Shown one piece after another: positions 10,023 to 19,369 of a stretch of DNA of 64,000 bases. Under the pieces are notes generated by a model that worked only from the letters and a program-made list of their open reading frames with translations, was not told the DNA's origin and did not search any database. The stretch spans positions 128,001 through 192,000 of the forward strand of contig CAXXKT010000002.1 of assembly GCA_963662405.2 (NCBI GenBank), in the 5' to 3' direction. Each line of letters begins with the position of its first letter. Position 1 is the stretch's first letter. The DNA is from Syntrophales bacterium (GTDB taxonomy: Bacteria > Desulfobacterota > Syntrophia > Syntrophales > UBA2210). The position numbers and the translations under genes are program-made.

Positions 10023-11157
10023 GTATATTCAGAAAGCGCCGGACCTCGGGGTCATCTCCGCCCCCTCTACGTGAGCGACATCCTGCGGGGTTCAGGCGAA
10101 CCCCCCGCGCATGGATCAGCCCTTTGTGATCGGGTCAGTAGAGATCGGCATCGGCCGCGTTCCCCAGGTCTCGGCATCTCTCCGATGGATCGACCACTGG
10201 GGCACAATCAAGGCACGGGCAGGGATCAACCGGATGCGCTACACCGTTGATCCCGGTCTCTACGCACTGGGAAATCCCGACACCGAGTCGCCGGTCCTCG
10301 TCACGGCAAACTACAAACTGAGTTTCGACAGCCTCCGTTCCGCCCTCCCCGGCCGCGATGCCTGGATCCTCGTCCTCGACACAAAGGGGATCAATGTCTG
10401 GTGCGCCGCCGGGAAAGGGACCTTCGGGACGGCCGAACTTGTCGCACGCATCCAATCGAGCAGGGTTGACCGGGTCGTTGCCCACCGCACGATTATCCTG
10501 CCCCAGTTGGGCGCCCCCGGAGTCGCCGCGCACGTCGTCAAAAAATTCGCCGGGTTCTCGGTCCATTACGGCCCCATCAGGGCAACGGACCTGGGACGAT
10601 TCCTCGATGGAGGGATGCAGGCGACTCCCGAGATGCGTATCAAGACCTTCACTCTCGCGGAGCGGGCGGTCCTGATCCCCGTCGAGCTGGTTCTGTCGCT
10701 CAGAGCGGCTATCATCGTCGCACTGGCCATCATCCTCATCTCCGGTCTGGGAGGTCCCGGGACCTATGGACAGAATGTCCTCTCGTACGGCATCTTCTTT
10801 TCTACCGCCCTCTTCAGCGGTGTCTTTGCCGGGGCCGTGCTGACCCCCCTCCTCCTCCCCTATATCCCGGGGCGGGCCTTTGCGCTGAAGGGGTTGCTCA
10901 TCGGCCTGGTCACCGCCGTGATCCTCCTTTTTTTTCGGAGCCCCGATATGGCGCGGTGGGCGGACCGTCTTGAGGCCCTCGCGTGGTTTTCCCTGGTCCC
11001 CGCCGTGGCGGCGTACCTGGCAATGAACTTTACCGGCGCCTCGACCTATACCTCGCTGTCGGGCGTTAAAAAAGAGATGCGATGGGCCCTCCCTCTGGAA
11101 ATAACGGCCGGAGGAGCAGGAGGCCTGCTCTGGCTGGGATCACGCTTTATTGTATAG
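9994..11157 (+). CDS. hgcA: Mercury methylation corrinoid protein HgcA, predicted selenoprotein form (UGA 10072-10074); conventional call 10111..11157
   Basis: Cap-helix motif GINVWCAAGKGTFG, SPVLVTANYKLSFD, C-terminal TM helices and MNFTGASTYTSLSGVKKEM; upstream in-frame segment from ATG 9994 with SD AAGGA. Confidence 0.93.
10075..10110 (+). promoter_or_regulatory. Putative bacterial SECIS hairpin of hgcA
   Basis: GGGGTTC-AGGC-GAACCCC stem-loop; loop 10094-10097 begins 19 nt after the UGA and contains G. Confidence 0.7.
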
Positions 11158-11168
11158 GAGTCTATGAT

Positions 11169-11501
11169 ATGACACGGTTCAGGTATCTCAAAAATGTGAC
11201 TACCCTGATGCTCGATGAAGAGAAGTGCATTGGATGCGGCATCTGTATGGCCGTCTGTCCCCACGCGGTCTTTAATATGAACGGCGGTAAGCGTATTCGG
11301 ATCGAGGATCGCGACGCCTGCATGGAGTGCGGGGCCTGCGCACTCAACTGTCCGGCTGAGGCGTTGTCGGTAGAGTCGGGCGTCGGCTGCGCCGCAGCGG
11401 TCATCAACTCGATGCTCGGCGGAGGCTCCGCCACCGGGTGCTGCTGCAGCGTCGAACCCGACGAGGGCTCCCGTGCCTTGAAACGCCCGAGCTGTTGCTG
11501 A
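11169..11501 (+). CDS. hgcB: Mercury methylation 2[4Fe-4S] ferredoxin HgcB
   Basis: CIGCGICMAVCP and CMECGACALNCP; GVGCAAA; Cys-rich tail; SD AGGAG directly after hgcA. Confidence 0.93.
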   Translation: MTRFRYLKNVTTLMLDEEKCIGCGICMAVCPHAVFNMNGGKRIRIEDRDACMECGACALNCPAEALSVESGVGCAAAVINSMLGGGSATGCCCSVEPDEGSRALKRPSCC

Positions 11502-11666
11502 AATGTGTTGCGATCGATGGATTTGTATATATTCGACTTAGGTAACAATGCTCTGCCAATGCATCCTCTCGTGCTTCCTCTGCATCCCGCGATGTGGAAG
11601 CGTCCGCCGTCAACACGGAATAGTGAATCAATCGTCATCGGTCACAAAGGAAGTGAGGTACGACCA

Positions 11667-12821
11667 GTGAATCTGAAAGACAAGTATGCCATTGTCGGTG
11701 TGGGGTATACCCCCCAGGGGCGGGTCCCGGACAGGACGACGCTGAGTTTTCACCTCGAAGCCTGCGCCGACGCCATTGAGGACGCGGGGCTGAAACCCGG
11801 TGATATCGACGGCCTGATCGTCTATCGTCACTTTATCCCGCCGACGGGAGAATCGGATGTCGCCCCCTACGACGTGGCGCAGCACCTCGGACTGTCGCCG
11901 ACCTTCCTCGCGCAGGACGCCAACTGATCGCGCAGCCACTTACAGCACGCAGTTGGCGCGCTCGAATCCGGTCTTTGTAACTATGTGCTCCTTTCATACG
12001 CCCACTCGGGAGACAGCATGTTCCGCATGCTCACGGAGATGGCGGGTGATGCGGCCGCCTTCGGCCACTTCGGGGCGTCCGCTGGATACGCCCTTGCCGC
12101 GCGGCGCGCCATGCACGAATTCCACACGGGACCCGACACCTGGAAACAGATCGCCGTGGGACAGCGCAGATGGGCCAATCTCAATCCGCGGGCGGTGATG
12201 CATGCCAAGCCGATGACATCCGAAGATTACTATAACGCGAAGTGGCTTGTCGAACCCTTCCGCCTCCCCGATAACTGTCTGGTCAACGACGGCGGTCGTG
12301 CCTGTATCATCACGACGGTTGAGCGGGCGCGTGATCTGAAACAGCCCCTCGTCACCATCATGGGGATGGGGCAGCACAACCCCTCGACGGCCTTTCAGCA
12401 GGCCACCTATCTGGCGGGACCGACCGGCGCCCGGCAGGCACGCGAAACCGCCTTCAGGATGGCGGGGATCACCCTCGACGATATAGACGCCTGCGAGATC
12501 TACGACTGCTTTACCTATACCGTCGAGATCACCCTCCAGGACTACGGCTTCTTCGGCCCCGGCGAGGGAGAGAACTGGTTCTCGGGAGGAACGATCGAGC
12601 CGGGGGGACAAATGCCCGTGAACACATCGGGCGGCCAGTTGTCCGAGGCGTACCACATGGGGCTGACCCCCCTTACCGAGGGGGTGATGCAGCTCATGAG
12701 ACGGTGCGGGGAGCGGCAACTCGGCCCCGCGACGGACACAAAAGAACCCGAGATTATCCTGTGCAGCGATAACGGGGCCATACTGCAGACACATTCCTGT
12801 TATGTCCTGAGGAGGTGGTAA
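11667..12821 (+). CDS. Thiolase-fold protein (Ltp2/SCP2-thiolase-like) with in-frame UGA at codon 87 (11925-11927), predicted selenocysteine
   Basis: GTG 11667 after GAGGT; N-half AIVGVG...AIEDAGL..DIDG and C-half DGG.A, EIYDCF, VNTSGGQLSEAY share one frame; full length 384 aa. Confidence 0.8.
11944..11962 (+). promoter_or_regulatory. Putative SECIS-like hairpin of the thiolase gene
   Basis: AGCaCGC-AGTTG-GCGcGCT; loop 11951-11955 begins 23 nt after the UGA; an alternative longer pairing GCGC.GCCA/TGGC.GCGC is also possible. Confidence 0.45.
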
Positions 12822-12823
12822 CC

Positions 12824-13234
12824 ATGACGTCATACGAAAAACCCCTGCCGCAGATCAATGCCGACACGAAAGAGTTCTGGAACGGGTGCAGAGAGCACCT
12901 GATAAAGATGCAGAAATGCGGCGATTGCGGAACACTCCGCCTGCCCCCGTCATTCCTCTGTCCCCGTTGCCATTCCCGGAACACGGACTGGATCGCCGCC
13001 ACGGGAAGGGGGTCGATCTATACCTTTACCGTCAACCATGTGGCCTTTCACCCGGCCTTCCAGGAAGATCTTCCCTATGTGGTTGCGGTCGTGAAACTGG
13101 ACGAGGGTCCGCACCTGCTGACGAATATCGTCGGCTGTGACCCGGCCGCGGTGCGGTGCGATATGCCCGTGGAGGTCGTCTGGGACGATGTGACCGATCA
13201 GTTCAGCTTGCCAAAGTTTCAACCGGTCGTGTAG
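12824..13234 (+). CDS. DUF35 Zn-ribbon/OB-fold protein (thiolase partner)
   Basis: FWNGCREH...QKCGDCG...CPRC, G.G.IYTFTV, PYVVAVVKLDEGP. Confidence 0.9.
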   Translation: MTSYEKPLPQINADTKEFWNGCREHLIKMQKCGDCGTLRLPPSFLCPRCHSRNTDWIAATGRGSIYTFTVNHVAFHPAFQEDLPYVVAVVKLDEGPHLLTNIVGCDPAAVRCDMPVEVVWDDVTDQFSLPKFQPVV

Positions 13235-13292
13235 GATACATGATCTGCTTGTTTACGAGAGATGTACAAACCGTTAGGAAACCTGGGCTGCC

Positions 13293-15965
13293 ATGACCGA
13301 CATACACCCCAACCGGTTTTATCTGACCTCCACCGGGAGGCTGGCGCGCGACCTCACCCGTCGCTTCCGTCTCCAGTGCCTGCGCGAAGAGAAAGAGGGA
13401 TGGGAGCCCCTCCGGGCAATGAGCCTGAACGCCTGGCTCACGCTGACCTGGACCGAATCGTGGCCCGATAAGATCCCCGCTCCTGATCTGTACCGGATGA
13501 ACCTCTGGAAGGAGATGGCCGACCGGATCGCGCCCCCTCCCTCACTCGTTGCGGACACGAATCTCTGTGCCATCCTCGACGAGACCTACGGAATCATGGC
13601 GCGTCACGGGATCGAACCATCATCCGGTTTTCCCTCCACCCCCCTCGTCGAATGGCGGCGCGAGATCAGTGGGGTTTTTACCCGATCGCTCGAATCGGAC
13701 GGGCTCTTCCATCCGTCGCTTCTTCCGCTCTTGATACGCCGGGGGATAATAGACGGCAGGATCTCCCTTCCTGAAAAGATCACACTCGCCGGCTTCGAAT
13801 TCCCCGCCCCCCTGGAGCGGGATCTGTTCGCAATACTTGAGAAATACAGTGATGTCACATGTGTCATTTCCCCAGATCGCCGTCCTGAGCGTCTCGAGGC
13901 CCTGGCCCTCCCCTCTCCCGAACAGGAGGTGATCTATCTCGTCCATCGCCTCGTCCGGGATGCTCAAACGATCCCCCTTCACCGGATCGGCGTGATCGTC
14001 CCGGACATGGATCGGTACGCGAAGCATCTGGAGGGGGCCCTCAGGGATGTGACAGCCCAGGCTCCGCCCCACGGCTCTCACTGGTTCAACGTAACAAAGG
14101 GGGTTGCGCTCCTCGAGACGCACCTCATGCAGGCGGCCCTTCTTCCCCTGCGCTTCATCATCGAAGGGCAGCCCCGCGAGCGGCTCCTCTCTCTTTTCCT
14201 GTCCCCCTACTACGGATACTCACAGGGGAGGCGGCACGAGATCGCACGCGCCGACATCTCCTGGCGAAAGCGCTCCCTCGATTTCGGCCTCGACAATCTC
14301 ATGGCGGCGCTGAAGAGAGAAGATCCCCATACCTACGCCCTCATCCCCCCGGATATGCTCGACCATCTCTCCTTCTTCTGCCACAGTGAAGAGATAGGGA
14401 ATCAGAGACGGGGGTCCTTCTGGTTGGGACAACTCAGGGACCTGTGGACCCGCCTTGGCTTCCCCATCCTCGCGGACGAAAAGGATACCGTCGATAAAAG
14501 AGCCCTCGAAGAGATCACGGATGAGATCGACCGCCACCTCTCCCATACGGGGATGGATGGCCATGAATTTTCAGGTTGGCTGACATACCTCGCCTCACGG
14601 AAGACGGTGCAGACCGGCGCCGCGGAGGACGCCGGGATACAGGTTATGGGCATGATCGAATCGCGGGGCCTCGATTTTGACAAGGCGTACGTCCTCGGGA
14701 TGGACGACCGATCGCTCCCCGAACCGGCACGCCCCCTCCCCTTCCTCGATTCGACGGAGAGAAGGCTGGTCCAGGGGGGAACGGCACAGAGCCAGTACGA
14801 GTTCGCTCGTCGGTCCATAGACCACCTCATGACCTGCGCTCCGGATATCACCCTCCTCCGTGCCGAGCAGGAAGACCTCAAGCCCCTCCCTCCCTCCCCC
14901 TTCTGGCCGGGCGACAGCGACACGCGCTCTATCGATATCTGGAACACCCCCGATCCGGCCTGGTTGCGGGCCGGATGGCTCGACTCTTCCCATAAAGGAA
15001 TACATGAGAGAATATCGCCTGAACAAATGACAGAAGGACCTCTTGATCCAAGCATTATCCCCAGGACCGTCTCGGTGAGCCGGCTCCAGACGGCGGTCAC
15101 CTGCCCCTACCGCTTCTTTATCGAGAGCGTCATTAAGGTCGAACCGCTGGAGGATATCGAGGCGGATGCCTCCCCCCGCGAAAGAGGGACCCGAATACAC
15201 CGGGCCCTGGCTCTCTTTACGCAGAGGCTGAGAGAACGGGGGGTGGACCTGGGCAGCGACGAGGCGCGCACCCTCCTGACGGCCTGTGAGGATGAAACAC
15301 TCCAGAGTGTAGCGAATAAGCCACACTGGGCGGTGGAACAGAGGCGCTGGATCGGGGACAGGGACGATCCGGAGGGAGGCGGAATCCTCTCCGAGTGGCT
15401 CGACCGCGAAAGGACGCGCTGGACCGGAGGGTGGCGGTGCGTTGCCGAGGAGACCCCTTTCGACGCCCTCGCGATTCCCGGGCTCCCCTTCACCCTGCGG
15501 GGAAGAATCGACCGGGTGGATTTCAGCGACCAGGAGGGGTTCCTCCTCTGGGACTACAAAACGGGCGCCGTTCCCTCGCGTGCGGATATCGTCACGCGCC
15601 TGAAGGAACCCCAGCTCATTATCTATCTCATGGCGCTCCTTGGCGGCCATATCGCCGCCCTGGGTGACCGGATAGACGCGAATGTGCCTTTTTCGGCCGG
15701 GTATGTCCGTCTCAAGTCAGCCGGCGATATCGCCATCTCTCCGATCAAGGGGATCGAGTCCTCCCTGCAGGAGTGGCACACGGCCCTCGCCAAACTGGGA
15801 GCAATCCTGGGATCCGGTGATTTTCGGCCCGAACCCTTCCCCGTTTCGGGAACCACCGGGAGGGAGAAGACCTGCGAGGAATGCCCGTTCATAACCCTGT
15901 GCCGTGTGGGAATACGAAGCCGGCGCGCGTCGGAAACGGAGGAGACCGATGAAGGAACCGAATGA
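13293..15965 (+). CDS. addB: AddB/RexB-like helicase-nuclease subunit (PD-(D/E)XK, Fe-S staple)
   Basis: CPYRFF, LRGRIDRVD, WDYKTG, QLIIY and C-terminal CEECPFITLC. Confidence 0.82.
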   Translation: MTDIHPNRFYLTSTGRLARDLTRRFRLQCLREEKEGWEPLRAMSLNAWLTLTWTESWPDKIPAPDLYRMNLWKEMADRIAPPPSLVADTNLCAILDETYGIMARHGIEPSSGFPSTPLVEWRREISGVFTRSLESDGLFHPSLLPLLIRRGIIDGRISLPEKITLAGFEFPAPLERDLFAILEKYSDVTCVISPDRRPERLEALALPSPEQEVIYLVHRLVRDAQTIPLHRIGVIVPDMDRYAKHLEGALRDVTAQAPPHGSHWFNVTKGVALLETHLMQAALLPLRFIIEGQPRERLLSLFLSPYYGYSQGRRHEIARADISWRKRSLDFGLDNLMAALKREDPHTYALIPPDMLDHLSFFCHSEEIGNQRRGSFWLGQLRDLWTRLGFPILADEKDTVDKRALEEITDEIDRHLSHTGMDGHEFSGWLTYLASRKTVQTGAAEDAGIQVMGMIESRGLDFDKAYVLGMDDRSLPEPARPLPFLDSTERRLVQGGTAQSQYEFARRSIDHLMTCAPDITLLRAEQEDLKPLPPSPFWPGDSDTRSIDIWNTPDPAWLRAGWLDSSHKGIHERISPEQMTEGPLDPSIIPRTVSVSRLQTAVTCPYRFFIESVIKVEPLEDIEADASPRERGTRIHRALALFTQRLRERGVDLGSDEARTLLTACEDETLQSVANKPHWAVEQRRWIGDRDDPEGGGILSEWLDRERTRWTGGWRCVAEETPFDALAIPGLPFTLRGRIDRVDFSDQEGFLLWDYKTGAVPSRADIVTRLKEPQLIIYLMALLGGHIAALGDRIDANVPFSAGYVRLKSAGDIAISPIKGIESSLQEWHTALAKLGAILGSGDFRPEPFPVSGTTGREKTCEECPFITLCRVGIRSRRASETEETDEGTE

Positions 15966-18900
15966 CGCCGCCCAGCGTACCGCCGCCCTCGACACGACGC
16001 GGTCGCACCACGTCGAATCCCCCGCGGGTTCCGGCAAGACACTTCTCCTGACCCGCCGGTTTCTCAAACTCCTCGCGGAGGTCCGTGACCCGGCAGAGAT
16101 CCTGGCCATCACCTTCACCGAGAAGGCGGCCGGGGAGATGCGCGAGCGGATCACCGGCTTCCTGAACGGCAGATCACCCGCATCCGATCCCGACGGAGAA
16201 ATGGCCTCCCTCGCCGAACAGGCCCTCCGGGCGCACCAGGACCAGGCGCACCTTCTCGCCTCTGCCGATACACTCAATATCATGACGTTTCACGGCTTCT
16301 GCAGCCATATCGCCCGACGTGCCCCCCTCGAGGCACAGGTCACCCCCGATTTCGAGGTCATCGACGAAGACGCTCAGACGATCCTGATCGACGAAATCGT
16401 CCGGGCCGCCCTCCGGGGCTTCTTCTCCTACCCCGCGACCGACCCGAGGCGGAGGGCGTTTGAGAACCGTCTCCTCTACCATAACAACAACTGGACAGGC
16501 ATCTCGGAGGAATTTACCGGCATCATACGGAACCGGGGACGCTTCAGGGACCTGATCGCCCTCATACGCAGCACGGGTGGGGGGGGCATCGCGAAGCTTC
16601 CCGACATCCTGGCTCAACGGCTTCGCGGTTACGTCGAAGGCCGTCTGCAGGACTTAATGTATAGCTTTCAGAAAACGGATCTTGGCATGGACTGGCAAGC
16701 CTTCACAACCAACCTGCTCAAAGAAGAGGCACCGCTGGGTGCATTCCTCCCTCTGTCTCTTCCAGGGGCCACATGGGAAGAACTCCCCACGTGGCAGACG
16801 ATCGCCAATGCCCTCACCACAAAAACCGGGGGTACGCCGCTCAAGCGTTTCGGTCCCAAGAACGGCTTCTACAACGGCTTCGGCAAGACCCCGTGGGGGG
16901 AGATGATCTCCGCCCTGGGTGATCCCTGCTCCACCGCTCTCGCCGAGGTCAAGAGCCTCCCCTCCCCCGGCGATATGGCATCCGAGATGGATACCCTCGC
17001 GGACTTTATCGTTACCGCGGCGGACCTTATCGACCGGTACGAGACCGCCTGTCGTCAGCGGCGCGCCGTCGACTTCGACGGCCTGGAGGAGGCCGCGCTC
17101 CGGGCCCTCACCGACAGCGACCCATCGGAGATCCAGCTCTATCTCGATCACCGGATACGCCACCTTATGGTGGATGAATTCCAGGATACCAACCGGGCCC
17201 AGTGGGAACTGGTCGGCCGCCTCTGCGCCGGGTGGTCCCCCGGTGACGGACGGTCCCTCTTCATCGTGGGAGACCCCAAACAGTCCATCTATTCCTTCAG
17301 AAACGCCGAGGTGAGCCTCTTCATGGAGGCGAAGGAAGGGATACCCGTTCCCGGCGGGCGAACGGTTCCCCTCGATACACACCGCCTGGCCACGAACTTC
17401 CGCTCCGGGGAACGGCTGATCGAGTGGATCAACGGTCTTTTCGATACGGTGGTAATGAAAGACCCCGATCCCGACGCCGACGAGGTCCCCTTCAGTCCCT
17501 CCGAGCCCTACGGTGGAAGGGACGGAAGCGTGGTATCCCTCTCTCTCTTCACGGACGACGACAGGGACACCGCAAAAGACAAGGAGGCCGCGTGGCTTGC
17601 CGGAAAGGTCGGGGAGATCCTGCGAATGGTTGGCACCAACGCCTCCATCGGTATCCTCCTCTTCACCCGGAACCGGATCGGCCGCTATCTCACGGCATTG
17701 AAGGAGCACGGCATCCCCGTCCAGGTGCGGGAGGGAATCGGACTGATGGATCGCCCCGAGGTGGTGCACCTCATGAAGATCACCGAGTTCCTGGCGAATC
17801 CCCATGACGACCTCGCCGGGGCGTCCCTCCTTCGCTCTCCCTGGTCATGGTTCGACGCGAACCGCCTCTATGAGACCGCTTGTAAGGAACCGGAGAGCTG
17901 GATAGAGAAGATCCTCCTCACGGCCCGCTCCCATCCCGAGATGAAACCCCTCACGCAGGCGATAGAAAACGCCTCCCGCCGTGTGGGGCGCGATCCCTTG
18001 GGGACAACCGTCAGGGGCTTCTGGGAAGACCTGGACGGCCCCCGGCAGACGGCCTCCCGATACGGCATGGCAGGCGTGGCAAACTGCATGCGCTTCTTCG
18101 AGATACTGGAAGGAGGCCACCGCGGCACCCCTCTGGAAACCCTCCGACAGGTGAAGACAACGATAGATTCCTTCTACGAGCCTGCCGATCCCACCGCCTC
18201 GCGCTCCCCCGTGGAGATGATGACCATCCACAAGGCCAAGGGGCTCGAATTCGATTATGTCTTCCTCCCTTTCCTCGACTGGGCGCCCCTCTCGGATGTA
18301 CGAACGGGCTCCCCTCCCTATCTGATGGAGCGTGTCCCGGGGACGGAAGGAGAATATCTCGTCGCCATGGGGAAGGACCGGAGGAGGAAGGAGATCCCGC
18401 CGGCATTCAACCTCTTGAAGACCTTTCGCAAAAAAAGGCGATGGGGAGAGGCGAAACGTCTCTTCTACGTCGCGGCAACGCGGGCGAGAGAGGCCCTCTA
18501 TATGAGCGGCATCGCCAAGGAAACCGAAGATGGTGCCCTCGTAGCGGGGAGGGAAAACATCCTCAAATGGGTCATGGAGTACGAGGGGATCGCCGATACG
18601 CCTGTCGACGCCGTGAGCGCCGGGTGGAATATCCCCGTGGCAATCAACCCCGCATCTCCTCCCCTTCCGCCGGAAGAAAAGACTGCCGAGACCGCTCTTC
18701 CCGAACCGTATGATATCCAGCCGGAACGGCCCGCTTTTATCATGGCAAAATCCCCTTCCTCGTACGCGGAGGACACCCTGCGGAGAGAAGGCAACCTTGC
18801 CGTTGATGAGGCGGTCTTTAATCGGATACGGGGAACGGTCATACACACGATTCTGAGCACAGTTATACGTGGCAAGACCCTTCCCGCTGAGGAGGCAGTG

Positions 18901-19314
18901 GCGTGTGCCCTGCGGGCCGAAGGGATCGGGAAGGGCCAGGCGGGCAAAACAGCCGGTGAGATCCTCGAAGAGACGAAAAAGACACTCGCCGATCCCTTCA
19001 TCGCCCGGCTGATATCAGCCCCGGAAATACACAACGAATGGGAGATGGAAGATGTCCCCACGGAGGGGCGGATTCGCTCCGGCGTCATTGACCTCGCGGC
19101 ACGGGACGGTAATACCTGGTGGATCTGCGATTTCAAGACCTCGCGGCCGGAAGACGGTCAGTCGGTAGAAGAGTTTGTCGCCCATGAGCGGGGACTCTAC
19201 CGCCCCCAGCTTGAGGCCTACCGCGAGATGCTCTCCCACCTCAAAGGCATCCCGGAGACTCAGATCCGTGTGGGGATCTACCTGACCTCGCTCCTGCGTT
19301 GGGAAGAACTGTAG
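15949..19314 (+). CDS. addA: AddA/RecB-like UvrD helicase-nuclease
   Basis: Walker A SPAGSGKT, ITFTEKAA, VDEFQDT, VGDPKQSIYSFR, MTIHKAKGLEFD, GVIDL and DFKT. Confidence 0.88.
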   Translation: MKEPNDAAQRTAALDTTRSHHVESPAGSGKTLLLTRRFLKLLAEVRDPAEILAITFTEKAAGEMRERITGFLNGRSPASDPDGEMASLAEQALRAHQDQAHLLASADTLNIMTFHGFCSHIARRAPLEAQVTPDFEVIDEDAQTILIDEIVRAALRGFFSYPATDPRRRAFENRLLYHNNNWTGISEEFTGIIRNRGRFRDLIALIRSTGGGGIAKLPDILAQRLRGYVEGRLQDLMYSFQKTDLGMDWQAFTTNLLKEEAPLGAFLPLSLPGATWEELPTWQTIANALTTKTGGTPLKRFGPKNGFYNGFGKTPWGEMISALGDPCSTALAEVKSLPSPGDMASEMDTLADFIVTAADLIDRYETACRQRRAVDFDGLEEAALRALTDSDPSEIQLYLDHRIRHLMVDEFQDTNRAQWELVGRLCAGWSPGDGRSLFIVGDPKQSIYSFRNAEVSLFMEAKEGIPVPGGRTVPLDTHRLATNFRSGERLIEWINGLFDTVVMKDPDPDADEVPFSPSEPYGGRDGSVVSLSLFTDDDRDTAKDKEAAWLAGKVGEILRMVGTNASIGILLFTRNRIGRYLTALKEHGIPVQVREGIGLMDRPEVVHLMKITEFLANPHDDLAGASLLRSPWSWFDANRLYETACKEPESWIEKILLTARSHPEMKPLTQAIENASRRVGRDPLGTTVRGFWEDLDGPRQTASRYGMAGVANCMRFFEILEGGHRGTPLETLRQVKTTIDSFYEPADPTASRSPVEMMTIHKAKGLEFDYVFLPFLDWAPLSDVRTGSPPYLMERVPGTEGEYLVAMGKDRRRKEIPPAFNLLKTFRKKRRWGEAKRLFYVAATRAREALYMSGIAKETEDGALVAGRENILKWVMEYEGIADTPVDAVSAGWNIPVAINPASPPLPPEEKTAETALPEPYDIQPERPAFIMAKSPSSYAEDTLRREGNLAVDEAVFNRIRGTVIHTILSTVIRGKTLPAEEAVACALRAEGIGKGQAGKTAGEILEETKKTLADPFIARLISAPEIHNEWEMEDVPTEGRIRSGVIDLAARDGNTWWICDFKTSRPEDGQSVEEFVAHERGLYRPQLEAYREMLSHLKGIPETQIRVGIYLTSLLRWEEL

Positions 19315-19369
19315 CTGATAGTTGTCGATACAAAGCTTGAGCCATTCTCCGGAGCATGCGATGCGGTCC

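Noticed and set aside
11499..11666. The hgcB stop (TGA) is in frame with the thiolase and the 55-codon spacer has no stop, suggesting an HgcB-thiolase read-through fusion
   Set aside because: HgcB ends in its normal CC, no convincing hairpin follows this TGA, the spacer translation does not look conserved or protein-like, and the thiolase has its own SD and GTG; probably chance.
11994..18846. Long antisense ORFs (11994..12833, 14595..15650, 16654..17805, 17845..18846)
   Set aside because: They are shadows of GC-rich sense genes (thiolase, addB, addA) with no recognisable motifs.
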